DNA from: Octopus bimaculoides | Lineage: Eukaryota | Direction: 5' to 3' | DNA length: 64,000 bases | Assembly (NCBI RefSeq): GCF_001194135.2 | Contig: NC_068981.1 | Coordinates: 80,375,898 to 80,439,897, forward strand | Shown: positions 63,893 to 64,000 of the stretch, piece after piece | Layout: each line of letters starts with the position of its first letter | Position numbering within the stretch: the stretch's first letter is position 1 | Program-made: the position numbers and the translations under genes | Notes under the pieces: model-generated | Seen by the model: the letters and a program-made list of their open reading frames with translations, nothing else | Database searches by the model: none | Told to the model about the DNA's origin: nothing

Positions 63893-64000
63893 CAAAAAAA
63901 CAAAAAAACAACAAAGTGAGGACGTGATATGGATAGTATTATTGGACGCTCAGGAAAGGAAAGAGAGAGTGTATGACGTTTCGGGCGTAGCCCTTCGTCG
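63890..64000 (-). mobile_element. Repeat family B copy next to (TA)n, with the least decayed hammerhead-like core
   Basis: The minus strand reads CGACGA A GGGC UAC GCCC GAAA CGUC AUAC; cut off by the window end. Confidence 0.7.

Overview
AT-rich, microsatellite-dense animal DNA from a draft assembly with about 13 N-gaps. The repeat landscape (tRNA-derived SINEs, RTE-like LINE with (GAT)n tails, long (TA)n/(CA)n) suggests an octopus genome, which is an inference. One protein-coding gene is well supported: a 3-exon CISD3/MiNT-like gene (+ strand, 5095-18476, 149 aa, two CDGSH motifs). The rest is mostly transposable elements: a decayed Tigger/pogo element, DD37D (maT) and mariner relics, a 5'-truncated RTE-like LINE with a PHD finger inside the RT region, Penelope-like relics, SINEs and MITEs. 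There is also a promoterless full-length U2 snRNA copy and an old local segmental duplication (about 43.4-49.3 kb vs 53.2-59.9 kb). Most interesting: (1) a type-I hammerhead-ribozyme fold with a non-canonical C4, on both arms of a palindrome in CISD3 intron 1; (2) a second repeat family with a minimal hammerhead-like core whose stem II covaries between copies; (3) a U2-SINE junction hit by a LINE fragment with a 16-18 bp TSD; (4) an 8-bp-TSD MITE carrying a (TAACCC)n/(GGGTTA)n palindrome; (5) a 2-kb fold-back AT-rich satellite. All alignments and folds were done by eye, with no database searches.
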